The notes under the pieces: model-generated | Seen by the model: the letters and a program-made list of their open reading frames with translations, nothing else | Told to the model about the DNA's origin: nothing | Databases searched by the model: none | Part shown: positions 37,497 through 47,738 of the stretch, piece after piece | How the letters are laid out: every line of letters starts with the position of its first letter | Position numbering within the stretch: position 1 is the first letter of the stretch | Position numbers and translations under genes: made by a program | Assembly: GCA_049115495.1 (NCBI GenBank) | Contig: JAGDZV010000001.1 | Coordinates: forward strand, 528,131-592,130 | DNA: 64,000 bases | From: Bacteroidia bacterium | Lineage (GTDB): Bacteria; Bacteroidota; Bacteroidia; CAILMK01; JACPUW01 | Reading direction: 5' to 3'

Positions 37497-39278
37497 CTAA
37501 TTCAACTCCGTTTCAAGCAACTGTTTCTTGTACAACGAATAATAGTATTTATGGTTTTCGATTAATTCGTCGTGGCTCCCTTGCTCTATAACAGTCCCTT
37601 TGTCTAAAACAATTATATGGTCGGCGCTTTTTACTGTGCTTACCCTGTGAGAGATTAAAATCGTAGTTCTATTCTCAATGTATTTGCCTAAGCCTTCAAG
37701 AATCGCTGCTTCAGTATGCGTATCAACAGCTGAGAAGCTATCATCAAAAATCAAAACCTTAGGATCTCCATAAATGGCTCTTGCAATTGACAATCTCTGC
37801 TTTTGCCCCCCTGAAAGCGTAATTCCACGTTCGCCCAAAACCGTATCAAACCCCTTTTCAAAGCCTCCAATATCTCTATAAAGATCAGCTATTTGGGTAA
37901 CTCTATTTACTTCTTCATTGTCATCATGACCATCATGCCCGCCCCAGAGCACGTTATTGTAAATAGTATCGCTAAATAAAAAGTTATCTTGTGGTACAAA
38001 GCCTATTTGAGAACGTAAATCTCCAAGCTCAAGCTCTTTAATATCCTTACCATTAAATATGACTTTACCGGTATCTACATCATACTGCCTCAATAAAAGG
38101 TTTACCAAAGTGCTTTTTCCACTGCCTGTTTTTCCGATAATGCCAACTATTTGGCCTGGCTTAATATCTAAGTTAAAGTCTCTAATGGCATTAATTCCGG
38201 TATCAGGATAGGTAAATGAAACGTTCTTGAGAGAAAGACTACCATCAAGCTCGCCAGGTAGTTCAGCTCCGCTTTCAATTTCAGGCTCTAGTTTTAGAAA
38301 AGCGTTAATTCTTTTTTGTGAAGCCGCTGCTCTTTGAATTATAGCCGTAACCCAACCAATTGCGGCAACAGGCCATGTGAGTCGGTTAACGTACATAAAG
38401 AACTCAGCAATATTTCCTGTAGTTGCCTTTCCTTCCATCACCAACATTCCACCTATATATATGGTCATCAAATTACACAATCCAATGAGTAAGATAATTA
38501 GTGGAATAAAAAGTGCATTTACTTGCACCAGTGATAAAGCTCGTTTCTTGTATTCTTCAGTTTCGCCTTCAAAGGTTTTTGTAAGTTTCATTTCAGCGGC
38601 AAAGGCTTTTATCACCCTAATTCCGCTATACATTTCTTGCACGTAGGTGCTAATTCTACTCATTTGCTCTTGAAGCAATGTACTGCGCTTATGTATAATC
38701 TGATTTACGAAGTAGATACTTACCGCTAGAATAGGCATAGGTATAAGCACATACCAAGTAAGCTCTGCATTAACTGAGAACATTACAATGAGCACCAGAA
38801 TAATGTTACTCGTAAAATTTATGGTATACATAATACCAGGCCCTAAATACATTCTAACCGCGCTTACATCTTCAGTAAGCCTTGCCATTATATCGCCAGT
38901 ATTGTTTCTTCGGTAAAATGATAAACTCAATTTTTGTAGATGATCGTAAAGATCGTCCTTCATATGTTTTTCAATTTTACGAGAAACCACAATGATCATT
39001 TGGCGCATTAGGAACATAAAGATTCCACTCATGAGCGCCAATCCCATAAATATTAAACTGTACTGTAAAAAATCACCCCCATAGGATTTTAAGCCATCAA
39101 CAATCCCTTCTGAATTAGCGCTTTTCTCAATAATTTCTTCAACCCCTTCAATTGTGTTTCTTACAATTAAAGGTTGCTTAACCCCAAAGTAATTTGATAA
39201 TACAACAAAGAGAAAGCCCACAAGCAATTGCCACTTGTAGCGCCATAAGTATTTATTTAATGCGGCTAACTCTTTCAT
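37497..39278 (-). CDS. ABC transporter ATP-binding/permease fusion (MsbA-like exporter)
   Basis: Six-TM domain plus NBD with Walker A (GKTGSGKST), signature LSGGQKQR and Walker B (ILIFDDSFSAVD). Confidence 0.85.
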   Translation of the reverse strand: MKELAALNKYLWRYKWQLLVGFLFVVLSNYFGVKQPLIVRNTIEGVEEIIEKSANSEGIVDGLKSYGGDFLQYSLIFMGLALMSGIFMFLMRQMIIVVSRKIEKHMKDDLYDHLQKLSLSFYRRNNTGDIMARLTEDVSAVRMYLGPGIMYTINFTSNIILVLIVMFSVNAELTWYVLIPMPILAVSIYFVNQIIHKRSTLLQEQMSRISTYVQEMYSGIRVIKAFAAEMKLTKTFEGETEEYKKRALSLVQVNALFIPLIILLIGLCNLMTIYIGGMLVMEGKATTGNIAEFFMYVNRLTWPVAAIGWVTAIIQRAAASQKRINAFLKLEPEIESGAELPGELDGSLSLKNVSFTYPDTGINAIRDFNLDIKPGQIVGIIGKTGSGKSTLVNLLLRQYDVDTGKVIFNGKDIKELELGDLRSQIGFVPQDNFLFSDTIYNNVLWGGHDGHDDNEEVNRVTQIADLYRDIGGFEKGFDTVLGERGITLSGGQKQRLSIARAIYGDPKVLIFDDSFSAVDTHTEAAILEGLGKYIENRTTILISHRVSTVKSADHIIVLDKGTVIEQGSHDELIENHKYYYSLYKKQLLETELN

Positions 39279-39527
39279 TAGTTTAAATCTACTGCAACAT
39301 TATTGGCTTAAGTTGACACATGAGCAAGCCAAATGTTTAAAACTGACGCATGTTTAAATGACAAACCAAAAAATATCCAATGTAAAATGTAAATCACATC
39401 ATTAAATCGCGAAGACGGAATCATCTTAACCAAATGACAATCAAAACCTTAATATACTAATTGAACAACAACCCAAATCAAGGTTAAAAACTAGAAACTC
39501 TGCGCTAAAAACTCAAAACAGTATAGT

Positions 39528-39535
39528 TACTTTTG
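39528..39535 (+). promoter_or_regulatory. Bacteroidetes -7 promoter box (TACTTTTG)
   Basis: TAnnTTTG match about 42 nt upstream of ATG 39577. Confidence 0.25.
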
Positions 39536-39576
39536 CACCCGTTCTTTTATATGATGATTAAAACAAAACTTGCAAA

Positions 39577-40677
39577 ATGACAATGACAGCATCTACAGCC
39601 GTTGAAACATCAAACTTTGTGTTTGACAAACTCGAGAAATACGACTACGAGCAAATTGTAATGGTACAAGACAAGTCAACTGGCTTAAAAGGTATCATAG
39701 CCATACATAATACTGTTTTGGGCCCAGGCCTTGGCGGTACAAGAATGTATAACTATGCCAATGAGCAAGATGCCATTGTAGATGTGTTGCGTTTAAGTAG
39801 GGGCATGACTTACAAGGCGGCAATCTCTGGCTTAAACCTTGGCGGTGCAAAAGCTGTTTTAATCGGCGATCCAAACAAATTAAAATCAGAAGCATATTTT
39901 AGAAAATTCGGTAGGTTTATTGAAAACCTAAATGGTAAATATATTACTGCCGAAGATGTAGGAACTACCACCAAAGACATGGAGTATATCGCCATGGAAA
40001 CTGAGAACGTAGTGGGGCTACCTGAAATTAGAGGTGGTGGCGGAGACCCTTCTCCGGTTACAGCCTATGGTGTATATTTAGGAATGAAAGCAAGTGCTAA
40101 AGAAGCTTACGGAAGCGATTCGCTTGAAGGCAAAACTGTACTTGTAGAGGGTGTAGGAAAAGTTGGTACTTACTTGGTAGAAAGATTAGCAAAAGAGGGC
40201 GCTAACATTCTTGTTTCAGATGTTTATGAACCAGCAGTAAAAAATGCTTGCGATAGATTTGGAGCAACAGCAGTTGCCGTTGAAGATATTTTTAACACCC
40301 AAATGGACATTTATGCACCAACCGCACTTGGGGCCACGGTAACTCCTGATAGCATTGCAAAAATGACCTGTCAAATAATTGCTGGTGGTGCCAACAATCA
40401 ACTGGCTCAAGAAAATAGAGAAAGTCAATTACTTAAGGACAAAGGCATTTTGTACGCTCCAGATTTTTTGATTAATGCCGGTGGTTTAATTAATGTATAT
40501 ACTGAGTGGGAAGGCTACAATAGAGAAATTGCAATGTCTACTACTGATAATATTTACGATTCAACATTAGCTATTTACAAAACGGCTTCGGCCAATAATA
40601 CAACAACGCTTGAAGCAGCTAAAATTTTGGCTGAAAAGCGAATAGCTGATGTTGCTAAAGTTCAATCAACTTACTAA
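39577..40677 (+). CDS. Glu/Leu/Phe/Val dehydrogenase family (leucine/valine dehydrogenase-like)
   Basis: Catalytic Lys block (LGGAKAV) and Rossmann GxGxVG (VEGVGKVG). 366 aa fits Leu/Val dehydrogenases. Confidence 0.8.
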   Translation: MTMTASTAVETSNFVFDKLEKYDYEQIVMVQDKSTGLKGIIAIHNTVLGPGLGGTRMYNYANEQDAIVDVLRLSRGMTYKAAISGLNLGGAKAVLIGDPNKLKSEAYFRKFGRFIENLNGKYITAEDVGTTTKDMEYIAMETENVVGLPEIRGGGGDPSPVTAYGVYLGMKASAKEAYGSDSLEGKTVLVEGVGKVGTYLVERLAKEGANILVSDVYEPAVKNACDRFGATAVAVEDIFNTQMDIYAPTALGATVTPDSIAKMTCQIIAGGANNQLAQENRESQLLKDKGILYAPDFLINAGGLINVYTEWEGYNREIAMSTTDNIYDSTLAIYKTASANNTTTLEAAKILAEKRIADVAKVQSTY

Positions 40678-40685
40678 AACAGCGA

Positions 40686-41603
40686 ATGCTAAATAGAAGA
40701 CAAGTTCGTTTAAAGGTTATGCAGGTGCTTTACATGCACCAGCAAAGCGGTCGAGTGGCGTCGAGCAACGAACTTCACAAAGCTTTTGACCAACAGGTAG
40801 AAAAAATGGAAAAACTCTACTTGTATTACCTGTCATTTATAAAAGAGCTAGATCATCAAAGCTTGGTTTATGATGAGGATGTTAGGAATAAATACGTAGA
40901 AGCATCGCGTACTGCAACCGAACACCTAAGATTAAGAGAAAACCCAATAGTTAGAGCTATTGCTGATAGCAAGCATCTTGAAGAACGCATAGAAAAACTT
41001 GACGTTCTATTTAATCATGATGCTGATGACAGCCTGGTACAAAAGGTATTTTATGATCTTAAAAACAGCGAATTTTACAAAGACTACGTTGAATTAAGTA
41101 ACCAACCGGGACAACATCAAGAGCTTGTACTTCATATTTTCAAGCACTATTCAGAAAACTTTCAACTTTTTGAGCAGCATTTCGAAGAAGAGTTCACCAA
41201 TTTTTACGACGATAAAAAATTGGTAGTAAGCATGCTCAAAAAAACCATTCAGAATATTATGGCTGAAAAAGAGAATATTCTGGTAGAGTTTATCCAAGAT
41301 GAAGAAAACACCCTTGGTTTTGGTTACGATTTAATTACAAGAGTAATTAACCACAACCAAGAACTGCATGATGCGGTACAGGCTAAAATTCTAAAATGGG
41401 AACCCGGTCAGGTAGCCATTATTGATACCATTCTTATCAAAATGGGTATAGCAGAGTTTAAATACTTTACTTCAATACCTAGTACGGTAACCATTAATGA
41501 ATACGTTGAGCTGGCCAAGAATTACAGTCCACCAAACAGTAAAAAGTTTGTAAATGGCGTTTTGGACTCTATAAGCAGAGAATTGGCACAAGCTAAAAAC
41601 TAA
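40686..41603 (+). CDS. nusB: transcription antitermination factor NusB (long Bacteroidetes form)
   Basis: C-terminal NusB domain (VAIIDTILIKMGIAEF…EYVELAKNY…FVNGVLDSISREL) with about 170-aa N-terminal extension. Confidence 0.7.
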   Translation: MLNRRQVRLKVMQVLYMHQQSGRVASSNELHKAFDQQVEKMEKLYLYYLSFIKELDHQSLVYDEDVRNKYVEASRTATEHLRLRENPIVRAIADSKHLEERIEKLDVLFNHDADDSLVQKVFYDLKNSEFYKDYVELSNQPGQHQELVLHIFKHYSENFQLFEQHFEEEFTNFYDDKKLVVSMLKKTIQNIMAEKENILVEFIQDEENTLGFGYDLITRVINHNQELHDAVQAKILKWEPGQVAIIDTILIKMGIAEFKYFTSIPSTVTINEYVELAKNYSPPNSKKFVNGVLDSISRELAQAKN

Positions 41604-41646
41604 TTTGCAATCAAATTCTAAATTTGAACACCCAAACAAAGTGAGA

Positions 41647-42147
41647 ATGAAAATTAAATATTTGACTCTAGCTTTAGCACTAAGCTTAGTAACCGTTGCG
41701 TGCGATCAAAAAAGTGGCGAAAACAATGATAATAACGCGGAGATTAGCAACACCGAAAAAGCTATAGATCCAGAAATTATTAAGGAATCGAACCCGCATA
41801 CTGCCGAAGGTGATGCAGAGATTGCTGAAGTAGCTGAAATTACTTGGGAAAAAACCAACCATAATTTTGGTAAAGTAAACTATCAGCAAAAAGTTCTTTA
41901 TGACTTTGAATTTGAAAACACGGGTGATAAAGACTTAATAATTCTTGATGCAAAGGCTTCTTGCGGTTGCACTACGCCAGAATGGCCTAAAGAGCCAATT
42001 CCACCAGGTGGTACAGGTGTAGTTACCGTTGGATTTAAATCTACATCAAAAGGCCCTTTTAATAAAAGCATAACTGTTGATGCGAATACAGTTCCAAAAA
42101 GCACTGTGCTCTACATTAAAGGAGAAGTTCTTAGAAACGATACTTAA
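41647..42147 (+). CDS. DUF1573-family lipoprotein
   Basis: Lipobox VTVAC. CGCTTPEWPKEPIPPGG signature. The ORF-track start 41605 is probably upstream of the true Met (MKIKYLTL). Confidence 0.7.
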   Translation: MKIKYLTLALALSLVTVACDQKSGENNDNNAEISNTEKAIDPEIIKESNPHTAEGDAEIAEVAEITWEKTNHNFGKVNYQQKVLYDFEFENTGDKDLIILDAKASCGCTTPEWPKEPIPPGGTGVVTVGFKSTSKGPFNKSITVDANTVPKSTVLYIKGEVLRNDT

Positions 42148-42166
42148 ACAATTGAAATAGAATATT

Positions 42167-42448
42167 ATGGCAGGCGGAAATAGTAGTTTCCTAATAATGA
42201 TTGTGCTTATGTTTGGTGTGATGTATTTTTTTATGATACGTCCACAACAGAAGCGAATGAAAGAAATGAAAAAATTTAGAGAAGGCTTAGATAAGGGTAG
42301 CAAAGTAGTTTCAACAGGAGGTATTCACGGCAAAGTTGTAGAAGTACGTGAAAACAAAACCGTTTTGGTTGATTCTGGTGGAACAAAGCTTGTTTTTGAC
42401 AAAGAATCCCTTACCCCTACCTTCGATACTTCTACACAACAGAAGTAA
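42167..42448 (+). CDS. yajC: preprotein translocase subunit YajC
   Basis: Single TM plus MIRPQQKRMKE motif. 93 aa. Confidence 0.85.
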   Translation: MAGGNSSFLIMIVLMFGVMYFFMIRPQQKRMKEMKKFREGLDKGSKVVSTGGIHGKVVEVRENKTVLVDSGGTKLVFDKESLTPTFDTSTQQK

Positions 42449-42451
42449 GAC

Positions 42452-43408
42452 ATGGAAAGGCTAAAAAGCCTATTAAGTGCAATGGCCAAAGTGGGAAGCG
42501 CCAACTTAAAGGCGCTATCCATTTGTTTGGCCATTTCTTTTTTGTTATGGTTTTTTCAAAGTATGGGTAGAGAATACACTAGCGATATTGTGCTACCCAT
42601 TGAATATGCCAACCTTCCATCAAACAAAACATTTAGTACTGCACCTGTAAGCAGTATTCAATTAAAAGTTACAGGCTATGGTTGGGATTTATGGGCTTAT
42701 AAGATTAAGTTCAACAAGCCATCTTATACCATTGATCTAAGTAAGCTAGGTACACAAAGTACAATATCCTTAAACGGAGTAAGAAATCTTATTGTTGAAA
42801 GTGTTCCTGGACTAACTAATATATTAAGCGTACAACCTGAGAATATAAACTTAGACCTTGACGAGGCTATAAGTAAAAAAGTACCAGTGGTTTCATCTTT
42901 AAACATATTACCAGCTAGTGGTTATGGTTTTAGTATGACTCGTCCAGATCCTGATTCAGTTGAGATTTTTGGTCCGAAAGAAGTAATTAGCTCAATAACA
43001 GAAATTTACACTGAGAGTAAAGAGGTAGACAATGCAAAAGGCAATATTGACATTGAAACACTTCTAGAGATTCCTAAAGGCGTAAGTAGAGCCTCAGCCA
43101 AAAAGGTTAATGTTAAAGCACTTATTGAATCAATAACTGATAAAGACCTTGAAATTAGGATTAAAGTAAAAGGCTATAAAGGAAATAAGAAAGTAAACAT
43201 TTTTCCAAGAATGGCCACATTAAAGCTGCAAACCACATTAAGCTTGTTTGATAAAATTGATGTTAGTGACTTTGAAGTATTTGTAGATTTAAGCAAAGTT
43301 GACCCTGACAATAGCGATGACATTCCGCTACAAGTAATTAATAACAGTAAGCTTATTAATAGCTACAGGGTTCACCCTAAATATGTTAACTATATTTTAG
43401 AAGAATAA
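42452..43408 (+). CDS. YbbR-like domain protein
   Basis: N-terminal TM anchor and repeated YbbR-type beta domains. Conserved nusB–DUF1573–yajC–ybbR–coaE order. Confidence 0.65.
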   Translation: MERLKSLLSAMAKVGSANLKALSICLAISFLLWFFQSMGREYTSDIVLPIEYANLPSNKTFSTAPVSSIQLKVTGYGWDLWAYKIKFNKPSYTIDLSKLGTQSTISLNGVRNLIVESVPGLTNILSVQPENINLDLDEAISKKVPVVSSLNILPASGYGFSMTRPDPDSVEIFGPKEVISSITEIYTESKEVDNAKGNIDIETLLEIPKGVSRASAKKVNVKALIESITDKDLEIRIKVKGYKGNKKVNIFPRMATLKLQTTLSLFDKIDVSDFEVFVDLSKVDPDNSDDIPLQVINNSKLINSYRVHPKYVNYILEE

Positions 43409-43983
43409 TGCTCAAGATTGGCTTAACTGGTGGAATAGGAAGCGGAAAAAGCACCGTTGCCAATATGTTTAAAGAACTTGGTATACCAATTTATGAAGCT
43501 GACAAAAGAGCTAAAGAGCTTCAAAATAAAGAACCAATAAAAAGTAAAGTTTCAGACCTTTTCGGTCCTGAAATCTATACCAATAACGTGTTAAACAGAA
43601 AGGCATTAGCTCAAATTGTGTTTAATAACAAAGAGAAATTAGAGCTCCTAAATAGAATTGTTCACCCGGTTGTGGCCAAAGATTTTGAGAACTGGCTTGC
43701 AAACCAGTCAAGTGAGTACATTGTTAAAGAAGCAGCCATAATTTTTGAAACTAACGCTCAGTCACAATATGATAAGATAATTCTTGTAACTGCACCTATT
43801 GAAGTGAGAATTGGCAGGGTAATGCAAAGGGATGGAATTAAGAAGAAGGATGTTGAAGCAAGGATTAAAAATCAATTGAGCGATAAAGAAAAAATGAAAA
43901 AGGCAGATTATATAATTCATAATACTGACCTTGCTGAAACCCAGAAGCAAGTAAATCAAATTCATAGGTTTATTCTAAGATAG
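43408..43983 (+). CDS. coaE: dephospho-CoA kinase
   Basis: IGLTGGIGSGKST P-loop. 191 aa. Confidence 0.9.
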   Translation: MLKIGLTGGIGSGKSTVANMFKELGIPIYEADKRAKELQNKEPIKSKVSDLFGPEIYTNNVLNRKALAQIVFNNKEKLELLNRIVHPVVAKDFENWLANQSSEYIVKEAAIIFETNAQSQYDKIILVTAPIEVRIGRVMQRDGIKKKDVEARIKNQLSDKEKMKKADYIIHNTDLAETQKQVNQIHRFILR

Positions 43984-44140
43984 ACGGCTTTGTTGTACAA
44001 AAAACATCATTATTCTCTACAAGTATTTTTATTGAAATAAAAGGGCTGTATTAGCTGCTTATTGTGGAAAATTATGAAGGCAAGCATGGCATTATAGGGC
44101 TTTGTAATCGCTATTTTTACTGCTTTATTAAAAGCACTAC

Positions 44141-46093
44141 ATGAGCGAAGAAAACACTCAAAAGAAAGGCTACACGGCCGATAGTATACAGGCGCTTGAA
44201 GGCATGGAACACGTAAGAATGCGTCCGAGTATGTATATAGGCGACGTAGGTGTTAGAGGGCTACACCACCTTGTATATGAAGTAGTTGACAATTCAATTG
44301 ACGAAGCACTTGCAGGTCATTGTGATGATATAAAAGTTACCATTACAGAAAAAAATGGAATTGTGGTTGAAGATAATGGCCGCGGTATTCCTGTAGACAT
44401 GCACAAAAAAGAAGGTGTTTCAGCACTTCAGGTGGTTATGACCAAGATTGGTGCTGGCGGTAAATTTGACAAAGACTCTTATAAAGTATCAGGTGGATTA
44501 CACGGTGTAGGTGTTTCTTGTGTAAATGCATTATCAAACCATTTAAAGGCACAGGTACATCGCAATGGCAAGGTGTATGAGCAAGAATATGAGCGTGGTA
44601 AAGCCATGTACGATGTAAAAGAGGTGGGCACAACTGATAAGCGCGGTACCACTGTTAGCTTTCAGCCCGATGACAGTATTTTCCAAGCAACGGTTTACAA
44701 CTACGAAACACTCTCATCTAGACTAAGAGAATTAGCTTTCTTAAACGCAGGTGTACAATTAAGCATTACTGATTTAAGAGAAAAAGACGAAGAAGACAAT
44801 TATAAATCAGAGACTTTCTTATCAAAAGATGGGCTCAAAGAATTTGTTCAGCTAATTGACCAAAACCGCGAGAGACTTACCACGGAAACAATAAGTTTTT
44901 CTGGAGAAAATGAAGGAGTGCCAATTGATATTGCATTTCAATTCAATAAGTCTTTTAACGAAAACATGCACTCTTATGTAAACAACATAAATACCATTGA
45001 AGGTGGGACGCATATAAGTGGTTTTAGAAGAGCTCTTACGGCAACGCTAAAATCTTATGGCGAAAAAGAGAAGATGTTTGAAAAAGCAAAGGTTGAAATT
45101 GCAGCCGATGACTTTAGAGAAGGTCTTACAGGGGTACTCTCAGTAAAAGTAGGCGAACCTCAGTTTGAAGGTCAAACCAAAACTAAGCTTGGAAATAGCG
45201 AAGTTTCAACAGCTGTATCTCGATTTGTTTCAGAAAAGCTAAAGTTCTATCTTGAAGAGAACCCTAAAGATGCCAAGGTAATCATTGAAAAAGTTGTACT
45301 TGCCGCTAAGGCTAGAAACGCGGCCAAAAAGGCACGTGAAATGGTACAACGTAAAAACGTAATGAGCGGCGTAGGCCTTCCTGGAAAACTCTCTGATTGC
45401 TCAAGTAAAGATGCTACCAAATCAGAAATATACTTGGTTGAGGGTGATTCTGCCGGTGGAACAGCTAAGCAGGGACGTGATAGAGAATTTCAGGCAATTT
45501 TACCTTTACGTGGTAAGATCTTAAACGTAGAAAAGGCCCTAGAACATAAGATCTACGACAACGAAGAGATAAAAAATATGTTTACTGCGCTTGGAGTAAC
45601 CATAGGAACTGAAGAAGATGACAAGGCTCTGAACATTACTAAACTCAGGTACCACAAGGTAATTATAATGACGGATGCCGATGTTGACGGATCTCACATT
45701 AGAACCTTAATATTAACCTTATTCTTCAGATATATGAAAGAGCTTATAGAACATGGTTATGTATACATTGCTACTCCACCGCTTTACCTTGTTAAAAAAG
45801 GAAGCAAAAGCTCTTATTGCTGGAGTGAAGACGAAAGAGATAGATTAATCAGAGATTTTGGAGGCGAAAATCCAAATTCTGTAAATGTACAGCGCTATAA
45901 GGGTCTTGGTGAGATGAACGCTGATCAACTTTGGGAAACCACCATGAATCCTGAAAATCGCACATTAAAGCAGGTTACTATTGATAGTGCTGCAGAAGCC
46001 GATAGAATATTCTCTATGCTAATGGGTGATGATGTACCTCCACGTAGAGAGTTTATTGAGAAAAATGCTCGATACGCCAATGTAGACATGTAA
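44141..46093 (+). CDS. gyrB: DNA gyrase subunit B (type IIA topoisomerase B subunit)
   Basis: GHKL ATPase (EVVDNSIDEA, DNGRGIP), TOPRIM (EGDSAGG), QRYKGLGEM. 650 aa favours GyrB over ParE. Confidence 0.75.
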   Translation: MSEENTQKKGYTADSIQALEGMEHVRMRPSMYIGDVGVRGLHHLVYEVVDNSIDEALAGHCDDIKVTITEKNGIVVEDNGRGIPVDMHKKEGVSALQVVMTKIGAGGKFDKDSYKVSGGLHGVGVSCVNALSNHLKAQVHRNGKVYEQEYERGKAMYDVKEVGTTDKRGTTVSFQPDDSIFQATVYNYETLSSRLRELAFLNAGVQLSITDLREKDEEDNYKSETFLSKDGLKEFVQLIDQNRERLTTETISFSGENEGVPIDIAFQFNKSFNENMHSYVNNINTIEGGTHISGFRRALTATLKSYGEKEKMFEKAKVEIAADDFREGLTGVLSVKVGEPQFEGQTKTKLGNSEVSTAVSRFVSEKLKFYLEENPKDAKVIIEKVVLAAKARNAAKKAREMVQRKNVMSGVGLPGKLSDCSSKDATKSEIYLVEGDSAGGTAKQGRDREFQAILPLRGKILNVEKALEHKIYDNEEIKNMFTALGVTIGTEEDDKALNITKLRYHKVIIMTDADVDGSHIRTLILTLFFRYMKELIEHGYVYIATPPLYLVKKGSKSSYCWSEDERDRLIRDFGGENPNSVNVQRYKGLGEMNADQLWETTMNPENRTLKQVTIDSAAEADRIFSMLMGDDVPPRREFIEKNARYANVDM

Positions 46094-46123
46094 TTGGCTT
46101 TTATAACGAAACTCTTAATTATG

Positions 46124-46160
46124 AGCTCTTTGATTTCAATGGTCAAAGAGCTTTTTTATG
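46124..46160 (+). terminator. rho-independent terminator of gyrB
   Basis: agctctttga-N10-tcaaagagct then TTTTTTAT. Confidence 0.6.
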
Positions 46161-46373
46161 CTTTGATAAAACTAATTTAGTATAGAACCTAGCGCTACGT
46201 TAATTGAAAACAAAGCCTTTGCTTTACACTGTTTATCACTTTTCGTTGTATTGCTGCCTGTTTAGTATAATGCAACACATATTTTTTAATTGCACTATAA
46301 TTACAAATAAAGGCTTGTAATAAAGGTTTAGCACAACTATATACTCTTGCTATTGTTTAATATCTAAAATTGT

Positions 46374-46787
46374 TTGATGATTACCACTGTTTGTAGAAGA
46401 GAGCATTTTAATGCGGCACATAGAGTTTTTAATAAGAAATGGAGTACCGAGAAAAATTTATCTGTATTTGGAAAATGTGCTTATGAGAACTATCATGGGC
46501 ATAATTATGAACTTATAGTAAAGCTTACTGGTGAAGTAAATCCTGAAACTGGATATTTAATTGACCTTAAAGATGTAAGCAAAATAGTAAGTGAAGAAGT
46601 ACTTGAACCTTTTGATCATAAAAACCTTAATCTAGATTGCCCTGAATTTGAAGACAAAGTACCAAGCGCTGAAAATATTGCTTATGTAATTTGGCAGAAG
46701 CTTAGAAAGCGCTTTGACAAGAGTTTTGAAATTAAAATTGAATTGTATGAAACACCGCGAAATTGGGTTGAGTACGATGGAAGATAG
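46374..46787 (+). CDS. queD: 6-carboxy-5,6,7,8-tetrahydropterin synthase
   Basis: CRREHFNAAHR and HGHNY zinc-ligand motifs. 137 aa. Confidence 0.85.
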   Translation: MMITTVCRREHFNAAHRVFNKKWSTEKNLSVFGKCAYENYHGHNYELIVKLTGEVNPETGYLIDLKDVSKIVSEEVLEPFDHKNLNLDCPEFEDKVPSAENIAYVIWQKLRKRFDKSFEIKIELYETPRNWVEYDGR

Positions 46788-46794
46788 AAAAAGT

Positions 46795-46879
46795 TGTTTG
46801 CGGGCAATTATTTTTAGGTTTCAGGCATTATGAGATATGGGTTGCTAAAAATATTTGGGGGATGATTTTGCCCGCAAAC
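46795..46879. repeat. 12-bp perfect inverted repeat (gtttgcgggcaa / ttgcccgcaaac) enclosing a 61-nt spacer
   Basis: Read directly from the sequence. Located 8 nt after the queD stop, at the start of a 470-bp non-coding region. Confidence 0.5.
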
Positions 46880-47261
46880 GGTAAGGTTTTAAGGTATAAT
46901 TGAGAATGAGAAGTCTATTTTTAAATTGCAAAGAAGAAGTAAACCCTATGGTTTATTGCTTGGGAGGGCAGTTTACAAAACAATAGAGTTTACATTCTTA
47001 TTACGAGTTAGTCTAGGTCAACATTTTATCCCTTTGCGGATAGTAAATTAAGATCTTCTTTGAAACAACAATTCAAATGTATTGGGCCAACACCACCTAA
47101 AACGAATACATAATTTCAAGATTGTCGGACTACACACTAATACAAACACCTACATTAAAGCACTTAAGTAGATATAATACTCAATTAATCTCCAATTTGT
47201 CGGAAAATATTAACAGCAATACAGTCTAGTTTTTTCATTAAATTGCTAAAAAATTCACTGC

Positions 47262-47738
47262 TTGAAAGAAAGAGAATCAATTAAAGCTGAAATAAAGCTT
47301 TTGAAATATGAGTTTGAAGAGCTTAATCAAAACCTAAAAGAGTTGGTAAATGAGAGTATTAGCGCTACAGAATCGGCCTATGCTCCTTACTCAAACTTTA
47401 AGGTAGGTGCCGCTGCTTTACTAAAAAGTGGCACAATTGTTATTGGCTCAAACCAAGAGAATGCCGCTTATCCTTCAGGGTTATGTGCCGAAAGGGTTGC
47501 TCTTTTTGCTTGTGGTGCCAATTACAAAGAACAAAAAATTACGCATTTGTCGGTTTATGTAGAATCATTCGAAAATCCAAATGAGATTCCTATGCCATGT
47601 GGTGGATGCCGACAAGTAATCAATCAATCAGAATTTAAACAGCGTTCAGAAATCAAAATTTTATTGGTTACAAAAAACAAAGACATTTACATGGCTGAGA
47701 ACTCGGAGCAGCTTCTACCCTTTCCTTTTAGATTTTAG
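47262..47738 (+). CDS. cdd: cytidine deaminase (long N-terminal form)
   Basis: Zinc ligands CAERVAL and PCGGCRQ. TTG start inferred because there is no in-frame ATG. Confidence 0.75.
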   Translation: MKERESIKAEIKLLKYEFEELNQNLKELVNESISATESAYAPYSNFKVGAAALLKSGTIVIGSNQENAAYPSGLCAERVALFACGANYKEQKITHLSVYVESFENPNEIPMPCGGCRQVINQSEFKQRSEIKILLVTKNKDIYMAENSEQLLPFPFRF

